Shown here in pieces: positions 44,915 to 54,163 of a stretch of DNA of 64,000 nucleotides (position 1 is its first letter; each line of letters begins with the position of its first letter). The translations under genes were made by a program, and so were the position numbers. This stretch comes from Candidatus Saccharimonadales bacterium (GTDB taxonomy: Bacteria > Patescibacteriota > Saccharimonadia > Saccharimonadales > SZUA-47), in the NCBI GenBank assembly GCA_041737385.1, contig JBGSRU010000009.1, forward strand, positions 7,015 through 71,014, read 5' to 3'. The notes beneath the pieces were generated by a model, which saw only the letters and a program-made list of their open reading frames with translations, searched no databases and was not told where the DNA came from.

Positions 44915-45092
44915 AGGACTAAACAGCAAAAGTGATTGGTACTTCTTTACAATTATATTACTCACATGACGAGGCGCGTATTTTGATTTGGGGGCTTTTA
45001 GCCTTGTTTATCACAAACTATAATTAAGTGTAACGGCGAATGCATATATCAATCTTTATACGAATTCACAAACAATGTTTTAAAATAGGTAG

Positions 45093-45947
45093 ATGGAAAC
45101 TACTTCTAATAAGTTTAAAGCTAGAATAGCTGCACTTGGGACAATGCATCAAAAGGAAAAGGTAATCTCTCCTTTGTTCGACAAAGAGCTAGGAATCAAA
45201 ATACAAGTTCCCGTAGGTCTAGATACTGACAAATTCGGCACCTTCACTATGGACAAAAAGAGGACAGGTAGTCAAAAAGAAACAGCTATTGTTAAAGCTA
45301 CAGCTGCTATGGAGTTACTGGGGGTAGACATAGGTGTTGCGAGCGAGGGTAGTTTTGGTCCTCACCCCGCTGCACCATTTGGAATTGCCAATATCGAGCT
45401 TGTGGTCTACGTAGACAAGAAATTAAACTTAGAGATTTTTGGCGGACATATAGAAATAGTTAATTTTGCCCACAACACGGTCGCACACTCAATCGAAGAG
45501 GTACTGGAGTTCGCGCAGAAAATAGATTTTCCAAAACACGGCGTAGTGATTAGACGCTCTGACGAAGACTATGCAGACATGGTAAAAGGCATAACAAACA
45601 AAGATCAACTAATAGTGACTGCAACGATTTTTTTAAACAAATACAAATCTATTTGGCTTGAGACGGATTTCAGAGCCCATGTAAATCAGTCTAGGATGAA
45701 AAATATTAAGCTAGCTACAATAGATTTAATCGAAAACATAAAGAGAGAGTGCCCTAACTGTCATAGTCCAGGATTTCATAAGATTTCACCAAAACCAGGC
45801 CTGCCATGTGAGCAGTGCGGCAGACCAACAGATATCCCTTTATACGATGTGTATGAATGCAGCAAATGCAGTTTTATAAAAGATATTTTATTTCCTAATC
45901 AAAAAGAGACAGCGTACGCAGGTTATTGTGATTATTGCAATCCTTAG
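45093..45947 (+). CDS. Hypothetical protein with C-terminal Cys-rich zinc-ribbon region
   Basis: Four CxxC pairs near the C-terminus (CPNC, CEQC, CSKC, CDYC). Confidence 0.5.
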   Translation: METTSNKFKARIAALGTMHQKEKVISPLFDKELGIKIQVPVGLDTDKFGTFTMDKKRTGSQKETAIVKATAAMELLGVDIGVASEGSFGPHPAAPFGIANIELVVYVDKKLNLEIFGGHIEIVNFAHNTVAHSIEEVLEFAQKIDFPKHGVVIRRSDEDYADMVKGITNKDQLIVTATIFLNKYKSIWLETDFRAHVNQSRMKNIKLATIDLIENIKRECPNCHSPGFHKISPKPGLPCEQCGRPTDIPLYDVYECSKCSFIKDILFPNQKETAYAGYCDYCNP

Positions 45948-46023
45948 CCTGTAGAGAAATTTTTTGTAATCGAGAGTATAATGGAAGTATTAATAAGAGA
46001 GTATATAGATATGATACGAATTA

Positions 46024-46341
46024 TTGCTTGATGGCTTTTCTATTGGTAGTGTGGCCTTTGTTGTATCTGTAGCAATATTTACAGCTGCTACAGCGATACT
46101 TGGACCTTTTATTGCAAAATTGGCGCTTAAAAATGCTAACTATCTTATGGGTGGTATTGCGCTGGTTAATACGCTCGTTGCGCTTTTACTTACTGATATT
46201 TTCTCTTCTGGTATATCAATCGAAGGCTTGTCAACATGGATACTAGCTACACTAATCGTATGGTTATTCTCAATTATAGGCAGCTTGCTATTGCCGCTGT
46301 TTTTGTTTAAAAAAACACTTAATAAAATCAAAGAAGATTAA
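46024..46341 (+). CDS. Small 3-4 TM membrane protein (DUF360/phage-holin-4-like)
   Basis: TTG start and a hydrophobic profile. The family assignment is tentative. Confidence 0.4.
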   Translation: MLDGFSIGSVAFVVSVAIFTAATAILGPFIAKLALKNANYLMGGIALVNTLVALLLTDIFSSGISIEGLSTWILATLIVWLFSIIGSLLLPLFLFKKTLNKIKED

Positions 46342-46486
46342 CTACGATTCTTGATATTGCTACAAGTTTTTAAAGTAAAATTTATCAATGAAATTAATTC
46401 GGAATTTCAGCCAGTATTGTTATAAACAATTCTAATTGCTAGGTTGACTAAAAGAGCTTCACCCTACTCGCGTGAGGCTCAAGAAT

Positions 46487-46682
46487 TGGAGGGCCAGCGT
46501 GGACTTGACTCACCTTTGGCGAGCCCCGAACTTCGTCTTTGCAAACCAGTTTGCAAGAGAAGATTCGTTTCCAAAATGCCACCGGCACTTTTCACCCCAG
46601 GCACCCTTTTGGCGTGTCCGATGTTCAAGTTCCACCAACCCTACCATATGAAAATACCCACGGCGAGGTGGGTATTTTCATA
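46487..46682. mobile_element. Miniature cargo-less insertion at the 3' end of tRNA-Lys
   Basis: It begins with a 22/24 copy of the tRNA-Lys 3' end including CCA (46487-46510). It then carries module D, an inverted degenerate tRNA-Lys T-arm copy, and a 16-bp perfect hairpin. Confidence 0.55.
46509..46593 (-). repeat. Three-hairpin module, copy D
   Basis: The minus strand reads GAAAAGTGCCGGTGGCATTTTGGAAACGAATC...CGGGGCTCGCCAAAGGTGAG, flanked by CCTGGGGT and TCAAGTCCACGCTGGCCCTCCA. Confidence 0.7.
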
Positions 46683-46683
46683 T
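46646..46683 (-). terminator. Perfect 16-bp hairpin abutting the CCA end of tRNA-Lys
   Basis: ATATGAAAATACCCAC-GGCGAG-GTGGGTATTTTCATAT. Confidence 0.65.
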
Positions 46684-46759
46684 GGAGGGCCAGCGGGGAC
46701 TTGAACCCCGGACACCCTGCTTAAGAGGCAGGTGCTCTAACCAGCTGAGCTACTGGCCC
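46683..46759 (-). tRNA. tRNA-Lys (anticodon CUU), CCA encoded
   Basis: GGGCCAG-TA-GCTC-AGCTGGTTA-GAGC-A-CCTGC-CTCTTAA-GCAGG-GTGTC-CGGGG-TTCAAGT-CCCCG-CTGGCCC-T-CCA. Confidence 0.92.
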
Positions 46760-46868
46760 TTAATTTGAATGATATAGTAATGTGCTACTTGTAACTATAG
46801 CTTGCGGTAACTTTTGGTTAGAGCACCGGTGCTTGTAGTTATCTTGTCTTGGCATAGAATACCTCGGG

Positions 46869-46886
46869 CAGCTGAGCTACTGGCCC
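46869..46886 (-). pseudogene. 18-nt duplicate of the tRNA-Lys 5' end
   Basis: GGGCCAGTAGCTCAGCTG is identical to 46742-46759. A sense-on-plus GGTTAGAGCACC piece within the palindrome AGCACCGGTGCT lies nearby. Confidence 0.65.
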
Positions 46887-47020
46887 GTCGTTATCGTGTG
46901 ATGATTGTCTAGCCACACTACCAGCAAAATAAATTTACTGGTACTGTTGACTACACAATCAGGCCGATTCCTCTCAATTTCGAGAATCCTCTCTCGAAAT
47001 TGTTAAGCTACAATAGCAAC
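46887..47020 (-). repeat. Conserved structured region, copy 2
   Basis: See 32303-32435. It has a perfect hairpin at 46975-47002 (CAATTTCGAGA-ATCCTC-TCTCGAAATTG). Confidence 0.6.
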
Positions 47021-47142
47021 AAGGTATATATTATATTCAAATCGTATTCTACCCCTGTTATAGCTAAATGTCAAATGAACAACCATCTACGAGACTTGTT
47101 TTCTTAACGCAAGCTTTACGAACATGATGATATAGTTTAAGT

Positions 47143-47550
47143 ATGACAACATTACAAATTTTCTACACATATTTATTAATGATACCTGCATTTTTTGCAG
47201 TCGATCTTGTTTGGCTAGGGGTTGTCGCAAAAGACCTCTATGCCAAGGAGATGGGTGACCTGCTCGCTAAAACAATTAATTGGCCTGCAGCGCTTGCGTT
47301 TTACTTTATATTTATATTTGGCGTACTCTATTTCGCAGTTTTGCCAGCTGTCGAAAAAGATTCGTTTACAACAGTTCTTAGAAACGGCGCATTATTTGGC
47401 TTTTTTGCGTATGCAACGTACGACCTGACAAACCTAGCAACGACTGAGGGATGGCCAACTAAACTTGTGTTTATAGACATGGCGTGGGGAACAGTACTTA
47501 GCTTATCTGTTGCTACCGCAGGATGGTATATAGCGCAGTGGGTTCGATAG
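47143..47550 (+). CDS. DUF2177-like membrane protein
   Basis: Four TM helices, with a FAVDLVWLGVVAKDLY start region. Confidence 0.5.
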   Translation: MTTLQIFYTYLLMIPAFFAVDLVWLGVVAKDLYAKEMGDLLAKTINWPAALAFYFIFIFGVLYFAVLPAVEKDSFTTVLRNGALFGFFAYATYDLTNLATTEGWPTKLVFIDMAWGTVLSLSVATAGWYIAQWVR

Positions 47551-48311
47551 TAGTTTTTTCAAGTGTTGTCATACTAAGCTATTTCACACTATTTTACGCA
47601 TCAGCTGTCATACGCAAGAGAAACGACATTGCTGATGTTGCTTGGGGACTTGGGTTTACTACTCTAGCCTGGGCTCTATTTATTCGAAGCGGCTTTGAAG
47701 TCGATACAAGAACTATCATTACGTTACTCATGGTGAGTCTGTGGGGAGTTCGACTCGCAACCCACATCGGCCAAAGACATTTTTTGCACAAGGAGGAAGA
47801 CGGCAGATATCAAGACATGCGAAAAAAATGGAGCAATCCACTGCTTCGCTCCTACACCGATGTGTTCCTAACCCAAAGCTTCTTCATGCTACTCGTCTCT
47901 GCACCGATTATTCTATTTTTCTACGATGCATCTACACCACTACAGTGGTTTAACATAGTCGGTCTCGTTATATGGGTTGTAGGCTTTGTATTTGAGGCAG
48001 TCGGTGATTATCAACTTAAAATGTTTATAAAGCACGACAAAAAAGACGGCAAAATTATGAAATCTGGCTTGTGGCAATATACGCGTCATCCGAATTATTT
48101 TGGTGAGATTAGTTTATGGTGGGGCTTTTTTATCTTCACTCTGTTTACACCGTACTGGTACATCGGGATTATCGGCCCGCTAACTATCACCTACCTAATT
48201 ATCGGTGTATCAGGCATTCCGATGCTTGAAAAACGCTACAAAGGCAACAAAGAGTACGAAAAATACCAAGAAACCACGAACGCATTCTTCCCAGCCCCTC
48301 CAAAACGGTAA
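47523..48311 (+). CDS. DUF1295/steroid 5-alpha-reductase-like membrane protein
   Basis: YTRHPNYFGE..WWG motif in a polytopic protein. The start is uncertain because it overlaps the previous gene by 28 nt. Confidence 0.7.
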   Translation: MVYSAVGSIVVFSSVVILSYFTLFYASAVIRKRNDIADVAWGLGFTTLAWALFIRSGFEVDTRTIITLLMVSLWGVRLATHIGQRHFLHKEEDGRYQDMRKKWSNPLLRSYTDVFLTQSFFMLLVSAPIILFFYDASTPLQWFNIVGLVIWVVGFVFEAVGDYQLKMFIKHDKKDGKIMKSGLWQYTRHPNYFGEISLWWGFFIFTLFTPYWYIGIIGPLTITYLIIGVSGIPMLEKRYKGNKEYEKYQETTNAFFPAPPKR

Positions 48312-48358
48312 ATAGTTTTTTAAATAAAAAAGACTTAGTAATCTAAGTCAGTTTATAG

Positions 48359-48433
48359 TGGTGCACCCACAGGGACTCGAACCCCGAATAACGGTTCCGA
48401 AGACCGTTGTGATATCCATTTCACCATGGGTGC
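48359..48433 (-). tRNA. tRNA-Arg (anticodon UCG), CCA encoded
   Basis: GCACCCA-TG-GTGA-AATGGATA-TCAC-A-ACGGT-CTTCGGA-ACCGT-TATT-CGGGG-TTCGAGT-CCCTG-TGGGTGC-A-CCA. Confidence 0.9.
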
Positions 48434-48485
48434 GCAAAAGGAATAGTACCATAATAACAGATAAAAATGCTAGAATTAGTGCACA

Positions 48486-49181
48486 ATGAAAAAAGAATTA
48501 GATGGTGCAGAACTCGCTGAGTTTGTGAAAGAACGACAGGCAAAAGCAGTGAGAGGACTACTCCAGCAATGGAAAATCCAACCGAAGTTAGTAATTATTA
48601 GTGAAGACGATAACGGTGACTTTGTGAAAAAAGCTATTGAATACGCTGAGGATATTCTTGTAACAGTTGAAACGTATTCACAAAAAGACTTATCTACTAG
48701 AGAAACCATTGATGCGCTCTACAGCGATAATTCTGTGCACGCCATATTCATATCTGCAGATAATGAAAGCGACGCCAAGCTTATTGAGCACCTACCAGAG
48801 AGTAAAGATGTCGGAGGAATCCTTGATGGTTCAAAGTTTGAACCTCCGATGATGACGTCAGCCGAATGGTTGTTAACGGGATATAACATTAATCTTGCTG
48901 AAATGAAAATACTAGTACTTGATGATACATCGGTGGCGTCTCGCAAATTAGTAGAGAAGTGGGCATCTATGAATTATGACGTAGCGCTCGCTGAGAATGC
49001 GACAGATAACTTGGATAGCGATGTCGTTATTTTAGTGAACGGTAGTGTCGATGAACTCGGACAGTTTAGCCCAGAATCCATTGTTGTGGACGAGAAATGT
49101 AATCTTGCCACTTTATCTGCTGCAGCCTTGTTAGAAAACGTTATTACGGCTGCTCGACCGACTCTTAACCCAGCAGATTAA
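48486..49181 (+). CDS. Short, divergent FolD-like (methylene-THF dehydrogenase/cyclohydrolase fold) protein
   Basis: The layout is collinear with FolD (LDGAELA.., PKLVIISEDDNGDFVKKA.., KDVGG). It is only 231 aa, and the Tyr-x3-Lys and GxSxxxG motifs are not preserved. Confidence 0.45.
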   Translation: MKKELDGAELAEFVKERQAKAVRGLLQQWKIQPKLVIISEDDNGDFVKKAIEYAEDILVTVETYSQKDLSTRETIDALYSDNSVHAIFISADNESDAKLIEHLPESKDVGGILDGSKFEPPMMTSAEWLLTGYNINLAEMKILVLDDTSVASRKLVEKWASMNYDVALAENATDNLDSDVVILVNGSVDELGQFSPESIVVDEKCNLATLSAAALLENVITAARPTLNPAD

Positions 49182-49189
49182 TCATGAAT

Positions 49190-50449
49190 TTATGTAGGTA
49201 GTGCGAGCACAGCTTCCTGAAAGAGGCTTCCTTTTTCCTCGAAGCTTGACCAGATAACGGTACTTGGTGCTGCTGTTGAAAGTAAACAAATGCTGCCGCT
49301 CGGCGTATGCTCAGCTGCCCACTCGACCGCAGTTTTCATATCTTTGGTTTCGAATAACTCGGGCGTATAGTTCGACGGTAACATCTCTTTTATCATCATT
49401 CCTGTGTCTGGAAACAGTACAAGCTTTGGAACTGCTAAAACCGAAAGAAGCTTTACGAGTTCAGTAAAGTCGTAGTGCCTATCATTGCCGCCTAGAAACA
49501 CACATCCAACTGGCCCTCTATTGCGAACGAGTGCCTGAATACCTGCAATGGTAGCTTCTGGGGTGGAGCCTATAGCGTCGTCAACGTAGGTGATACCCTT
49601 TACTTTTTTAACGGGTTGCAAGCGATGTCTAACTGGTTCAAAATTCTCCATTGATGTACGTGCTGTCATATGGTCTATGCCAAAAAGTTCGCAGACTTTC
49701 TGCACCATTAGATAATTCAGTTTGTTATGGTCGCCAATAAGCTTTGCTTTGGACATATCGACAGCTTCATTGGGGTCAATTGGTAGAGATCTTGCTTTGC
49801 TTGCAGCAAGCCAATGTAATAATATTTCAGTGTCTGGGTTGTACACCACAGTTCCGCTCTCATCCATGAACCGCATGATGTTTCGCTTTGCTTCCCAGTA
49901 AGATTCTAGGTTGCCGTGATAGTCAGTATGATCTCGGTAGAGATTTGTGATAATTGCGACATTCGGGCTTTGGCTGAGTTCGGCAAGTTGATAGCTTGAA
50001 AGCTCAACAATAAATACGGTGTTTTCATTTGCGCCATCGAGCGCTTCTAGCATCGGATGACCGACATTGCCACACAACCTCGCATCTAAACCACTATTTT
50101 TAAGCGTTGCTGCGAGCAGGCTTGACGTTGTTGTTTTGCCTTTTGTCCCCGTTATTCCAACAGTTTTACTGCGAAGTTGGTTGGCACAGTCAAAAAACAC
50201 TCTTGTAGGCGTTGTGTATGGTACGGACATAAGCCGTCCCGGGCAACCAGGAGTTTTGACAATGATAGTTTGCGTTAGATCAAGTTCTTTTAAGCTTTCT
50301 AGATACTGTGGATCGTCTTTTTCGTCTACAAACTTAAAAGAGCTGATATTCCCATAAGTTTCTATAAAATTCTGAAAACTTACTCCTTCTTTCCCTCGGC
50401 CAACGAATACGACTGCTTTATTAAAAAAATCTGGCAACTCATAATTCAT
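49190..50449 (-). CDS. murD: UDP-N-acetylmuramoyl-L-alanine--glutamate ligase (MurD family)
   Basis: GITGTKGKTTTSSLLA P-loop, CGNVGHP, and a MurD-type N-terminal Rossmann domain. Confidence 0.85.
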   Translation of the reverse strand: MNYELPDFFNKAVVFVGRGKEGVSFQNFIETYGNISSFKFVDEKDDPQYLESLKELDLTQTIIVKTPGCPGRLMSVPYTTPTRVFFDCANQLRSKTVGITGTKGKTTTSSLLAATLKNSGLDARLCGNVGHPMLEALDGANENTVFIVELSSYQLAELSQSPNVAIITNLYRDHTDYHGNLESYWEAKRNIMRFMDESGTVVYNPDTEILLHWLAASKARSLPIDPNEAVDMSKAKLIGDHNKLNYLMVQKVCELFGIDHMTARTSMENFEPVRHRLQPVKKVKGITYVDDAIGSTPEATIAGIQALVRNRGPVGCVFLGGNDRHYDFTELVKLLSVLAVPKLVLFPDTGMMIKEMLPSNYTPELFETKDMKTAVEWAAEHTPSGSICLLSTAAPSTVIWSSFEEKGSLFQEAVLALPT

Positions 50450-51801
50450 GCTAACTTCTCCTTGAGTTTTTCAATCACTTTGTTTTTAAGTTCAGGAGGG
50501 AGTGCATCTTCTGCAGCGATTTCAAGCGCTGCAGCAAGCGGAGCTTGAAAATTCCCAAGTAGCAACTGTTCAATTTTTGCTGTCTGCATCATTGCACTGT
50601 TTATCGAACGGTCCTGACTTGCGAGTAATGACAGGCTAACGCGTAGTTCGTCTGGTGTTCCCACGCAATCTAAGACAGGTGTGTCGCCGCGACCGAGCAA
50701 GTTTAAGAATAACTCTTCCAGCTCTTTTTTGTTAAGAAAGTCTTGACCGAAAGTTTTCTCAAGTGCTTCGTCACTCAACCATGGTGCGAGTAAAATATAA
50801 CTACTTAGTGATTTGGGGCTATCATCGCTCCATCTTGGGTGAGAGCGTTCCTGCTGTGTAATCTTAAACAGAGAGTTGTCACTCGTAAACACTTCGAAAT
50901 ACTGCGGGTAGCCTGCAAAAATCTTAGCTACGGCAACGGAAGTTAATGGTCGAATAATACTGGTGTAAGTGAGCGTTGGTGAGATATATGTATGGACATA
51001 CGACTGGAATAGCTTTTCAAACTCAAGTGATTTACTCCACTGATGATTTACTGAAGCCCCTTCATGAGTGGCGTGTGGAATGCTAGCGCTCGCCTCGTTT
51101 GCAACGATAACGTACTTTGATGCTTCACTGCAGGCCAAAAGGCTCCCGATAAGTGCGAAGACGAGTGATATCGGAACGTGACCGTTATAGGCACCTTTGA
51201 TTGTGTTTAGCGTCAAAATCTGTTGATCAAGCTGCCGTTCCACCCCGAGTAAAGCAATTCCCATAGTGTCGGCCACAGCTTGAGATTGGCCTCGATTTTC
51301 TCCAGTTGCTAGCACAAATCCGGTTGTTTCTATCGCTAATTCTTTTAGTAGCTCTCCGGCTACAATTGAATCTTTGCCTCCACCAATACCGAGCAGTGCT
51401 TTTTCTTGCCACTGTATATCGTCTTCTTTTTCAGGGTTTACGGTTCCTTCTTGAGCACTGAAAGTAGCTAGTGAATCTCTTGATAGTTTATTTTTGTAGA
51501 GAAACTCACCGAGTCCATTTGAAAAAACTGTATTCCAGAATGTTGCCTCCTCGGCGTCCATACTATAGGCGTGATTTATCTCAGGCGGTATAAATGTCTT
51601 GTAGTAACTAATTCCTAGTGCAATATGGAGCGCGCGTAGCAAACGATCGACTGTATGGCTCTGCGGTAGTGCTACAGGCAGAGTTAGCGTTTCACAGAGG
51701 CTATAAGTCTCATTATCAGTGACAATACTATAATCAAAGCTTACTTTTTGAAGATTTTCATCGACACGCACATTCTCATAAATAAATTGTTTTCCACTCA
51801 T
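50446..51801 (-). CDS. PP-loop (SGGxDS-like) ATP pyrophosphatase superfamily protein, translationally coupled to murD; candidate MurL-type partner
   Basis: GIGGGKDS motif in a 451-aa protein. Its stop overlaps the murD start (ATGA). Confidence 0.5.
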   Translation of the reverse strand: MSGKQFIYENVRVDENLQKVSFDYSIVTDNETYSLCETLTLPVALPQSHTVDRLLRALHIALGISYYKTFIPPEINHAYSMDAEEATFWNTVFSNGLGEFLYKNKLSRDSLATFSAQEGTVNPEKEDDIQWQEKALLGIGGGKDSIVAGELLKELAIETTGFVLATGENRGQSQAVADTMGIALLGVERQLDQQILTLNTIKGAYNGHVPISLVFALIGSLLACSEASKYVIVANEASASIPHATHEGASVNHQWSKSLEFEKLFQSYVHTYISPTLTYTSIIRPLTSVAVAKIFAGYPQYFEVFTSDNSLFKITQQERSHPRWSDDSPKSLSSYILLAPWLSDEALEKTFGQDFLNKKELEELFLNLLGRGDTPVLDCVGTPDELRVSLSLLASQDRSINSAMMQTAKIEQLLLGNFQAPLAAALEIAAEDALPPELKNKVIEKLKEKLA

Positions 51802-51826
51802 GCTTTTAAGTATACGGCAAACACCT

Positions 51827-52195
51827 CTAAGAGTTTAAGTGTTCTTTTACCATTTCAGCTACTTGTCTCGGCGTCATGTTGGCTTTTAGGATGAATGCTT
51901 CAACGTTTAGCTCTTTAATGATGTCTGGAGCTTCGCTTTCGCCCATATTAGTCAGTACGATTACTTTGATATCTTTACCCCAAGTGGTTGCACGTAACTT
52001 CTGAAGCATTTCATCGCCATTCATCTCTGGCATCATGAGATCGAGTAAGACAATATCTGGCTTCATTTCCTCTATAAGCGCAAGTCCAAGTTTGCCGTTT
52101 TCTGATGTTTCGACTTCGTAACCCTCTGCTTCGAACTTGATTCGATACATTTGGCTGATAGCAGCATCATCTTCAATAATGGCAACTTTACTCAT
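51827..52195 (-). CDS. Stand-alone response regulator receiver domain (CheY-like)
   Basis: DD..D (DLMMPEMNG)..T..K pattern, 122 aa. Confidence 0.85.
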   Translation of the reverse strand: MSKVAIIEDDAAISQMYRIKFEAEGYEVETSENGKLGLALIEEMKPDIVLLDLMMPEMNGDEMLQKLRATTWGKDIKVIVLTNMGESEAPDIIKELNVEAFILKANMTPRQVAEMVKEHLNS

Positions 52196-52340
52196 GATGA
52201 TAATTCCTTTAACTTATAATTTTAAGAGTCCATATCTTATAATACTTCCTCATAGAATAAATTACAAAATACAAACGTTTATGTTTGCTAATATTTAAAT
52301 ATTATGTTATTTTATATAAAATAATAAAAAAGAGAACATT

Positions 52341-52976
52341 GTGGCTGCAGAAGACATTAGTAATGAAGCACATATAAATAACGGTAATCGTAATTGGACC
52401 AGCACTTCGATGGGCAGGTTGATTGCCGGTAGCGTTATAGTTGCTGAAGTAACCCCTGTAAACGAGTTACTTCGATATGGAGCGTTTGGTCTTGCTGTCG
52501 CATCTCAGGACAATCCAGTTGTTTCTGCTGCTGTGCTTGCTTTTACTACTCTTGGTATAGAAGGAGCTGCAGCCTTTGTAGCAGCAGACATATTGGACAC
52601 GGACAGAGGGAATAAAACAACTGCAAAAATAAATGACGTAATTGATAGGAGAAATCTGAATGGAGTGCTCAGAACTGGTCCAGTATCTGAATTTTCGGTA
52701 GCCCTAATTGGAGGTTCAGCGATTACGACATTTGTTAAGCATAGGCAAGACCCTAGTCGAACGAGAAGACAAAATAGAAGATTTGGAGTTCTTACAACTG
52801 TAGAGATGACAGCGACGATGGGAGCAACAGGTTATTTAACTGCGAGAGGTATTGAAACACCCAATGTACAAACAATTGGTGCCGCATTGCTTTCTGGAAC
52901 TGGGGTATTCTATGGCGTGAAGAGAGCTTTAGCGAGGGCAAAGCAACGTGGCAGCAAACAATCTGAATCTGAATAA
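52341..52976 (+). CDS. Hypothetical membrane protein
   Basis: GTG start, several Ala/Gly-rich TM segments and a basic C-terminus. Confidence 0.4.
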   Translation: MAAEDISNEAHINNGNRNWTSTSMGRLIAGSVIVAEVTPVNELLRYGAFGLAVASQDNPVVSAAVLAFTTLGIEGAAAFVAADILDTDRGNKTTAKINDVIDRRNLNGVLRTGPVSEFSVALIGGSAITTFVKHRQDPSRTRRQNRRFGVLTTVEMTATMGATGYLTARGIETPNVQTIGAALLSGTGVFYGVKRALARAKQRGSKQSESE

Positions 52977-53104
52977 AGTTGGTTCATTTTAGTGATAGAG
53001 CAGTAAAGGTTACTAGACAAATACATATGATAAGATAACAAGTGGAATTAAATCCAAACTAAAAATGTATTTTCTTGGTATCATATACTTCAAGTGTATA
53101 AAAT

Positions 53105-54163
53105 ATGAATGTCATACAAAAAATAAATAAAACTATACAAAAAAATCTTTTGCAACTTGGAGCTAACGAAGTTGAAGTACGAAAAATAAGCCTCGTAAGA
53201 CAACGTAGAGCTATTAAAGTCGGTGAACTGAAGTATATAGATTTTGCATTGCCGTGTTTCAAGATGGCAAAGCTACTAAATATAAAGCTTAATGATCTAA
53301 CTCAAACTATAACTGATCAATTAGAAGAAAGCTTCGCGGGTATTGCTCACTTTGAAGCAGTAGCTGGCTACGTAAATGTTGAGCTAAGTAGCAAAGAAAT
53401 TAAACATTTAGTTGATGAATCTTTAGATTCTAAGGCTTTAGCAAGTTCTAAAATCCAACCATGTTATGAAGCCATATTCTATATTCTAGATACTGATGAG
53501 GAGCTTAGAAAATTGTTTGCTAACATCATTGGAGCACTGGAGTCTGCCTTAGATATCAAAAAATCTAAATGGGAAAGTATCTACTACGATGTTAACTCCG
53601 ACACTATTTTAATCGATGACTTCATAGAATGGTTTAATGCTCACCATCCAAATACACTGGTGTACAATCCTCATAGTTCAGCAATTTATGCTGCAATTAA
53701 TGGGAACAACTACTCAATTAGAGATATAAGAGGTAGATATAAGAGTAATGCATATCTGATCCAAGCTTTTTTCAGCAATAAAAGAACCGAAAAAATACAA
53801 TGTATTGTAGCTCGGCAAGAATACATAGATTTAGCTCACCAGTTGAATGAATTTACAGGAGATAAGAGCTCTTTAGTAAATCATTTTTTCAATCCGTTTG
53901 TTGTCAAGACTGACACTGATGAAATTATAAAAAAGATAAAAAATATGGAATCAATTAGCCATTCAATTTATGATTTGACTAATAAATATAGAGGTTTTAT
54001 TAAAGATCGCAAATCGAGGCTTGAAGTGTTAGATCTATTGTTTTTCAATTATGATATAAGTAATTCTTTTTCTGATTTAAACGTACCACTTTTATTTGAT
54101 AGGATAAATCAGGCGCTAGATTCTATTTATTACTTGAAAAGTGTCGATGCAAATCGCGGCTGA
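53105..54163 (+). CDS. Truncated arginyl-tRNA synthetase-like protein (no HIGH motif, no anticodon-binding domain)
   Basis: Its N-terminal part resembles the ArgRS add-1 domain (DFALPCFKMAKLL..LTQTI..AGYVNVEL). Later segments (AIYAAINGNNYSIRDIRGRYKSNAYLIQAF, IQCIVARQEYIDLAHQL) are collinear with ArgRS core blocks. Confidence 0.45.
   Translation: MNVIQKINKTIQKNLLQLGANEVEVRKISLVRQRRAIKVGELKYIDFALPCFKMAKLLNIKLNDLTQTITDQLEESFAGIAHFEAVAGYVNVELSSKEIKHLVDESLDSKALASSKIQPCYEAIFYILDTDEELRKLFANIIGALESALDIKKSKWESIYYDVNSDTILIDDFIEWFNAHHPNTLVYNPHSSAIYAAINGNNYSIRDIRGRYKSNAYLIQAFFSNKRTEKIQCIVARQEYIDLAHQLNEFTGDKSSLVNHFFNPFVVKTDTDEIIKKIKNMESISHSIYDLTNKYRGFIKDRKSRLEVLDLLFFNYDISNSFSDLNVPLLFDRINQALDSIYYLKSVDANRG

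Noticed and set aside
23006-47020. The repeated units considered as a CRISPR array or a simple tandem repeat
   Set aside because: The copies are dispersed over 23 kb and show only moderate identity. They have no regular repeat-spacer periodicity and are always tied to tRNA fragments. I saw no cas genes in the window.
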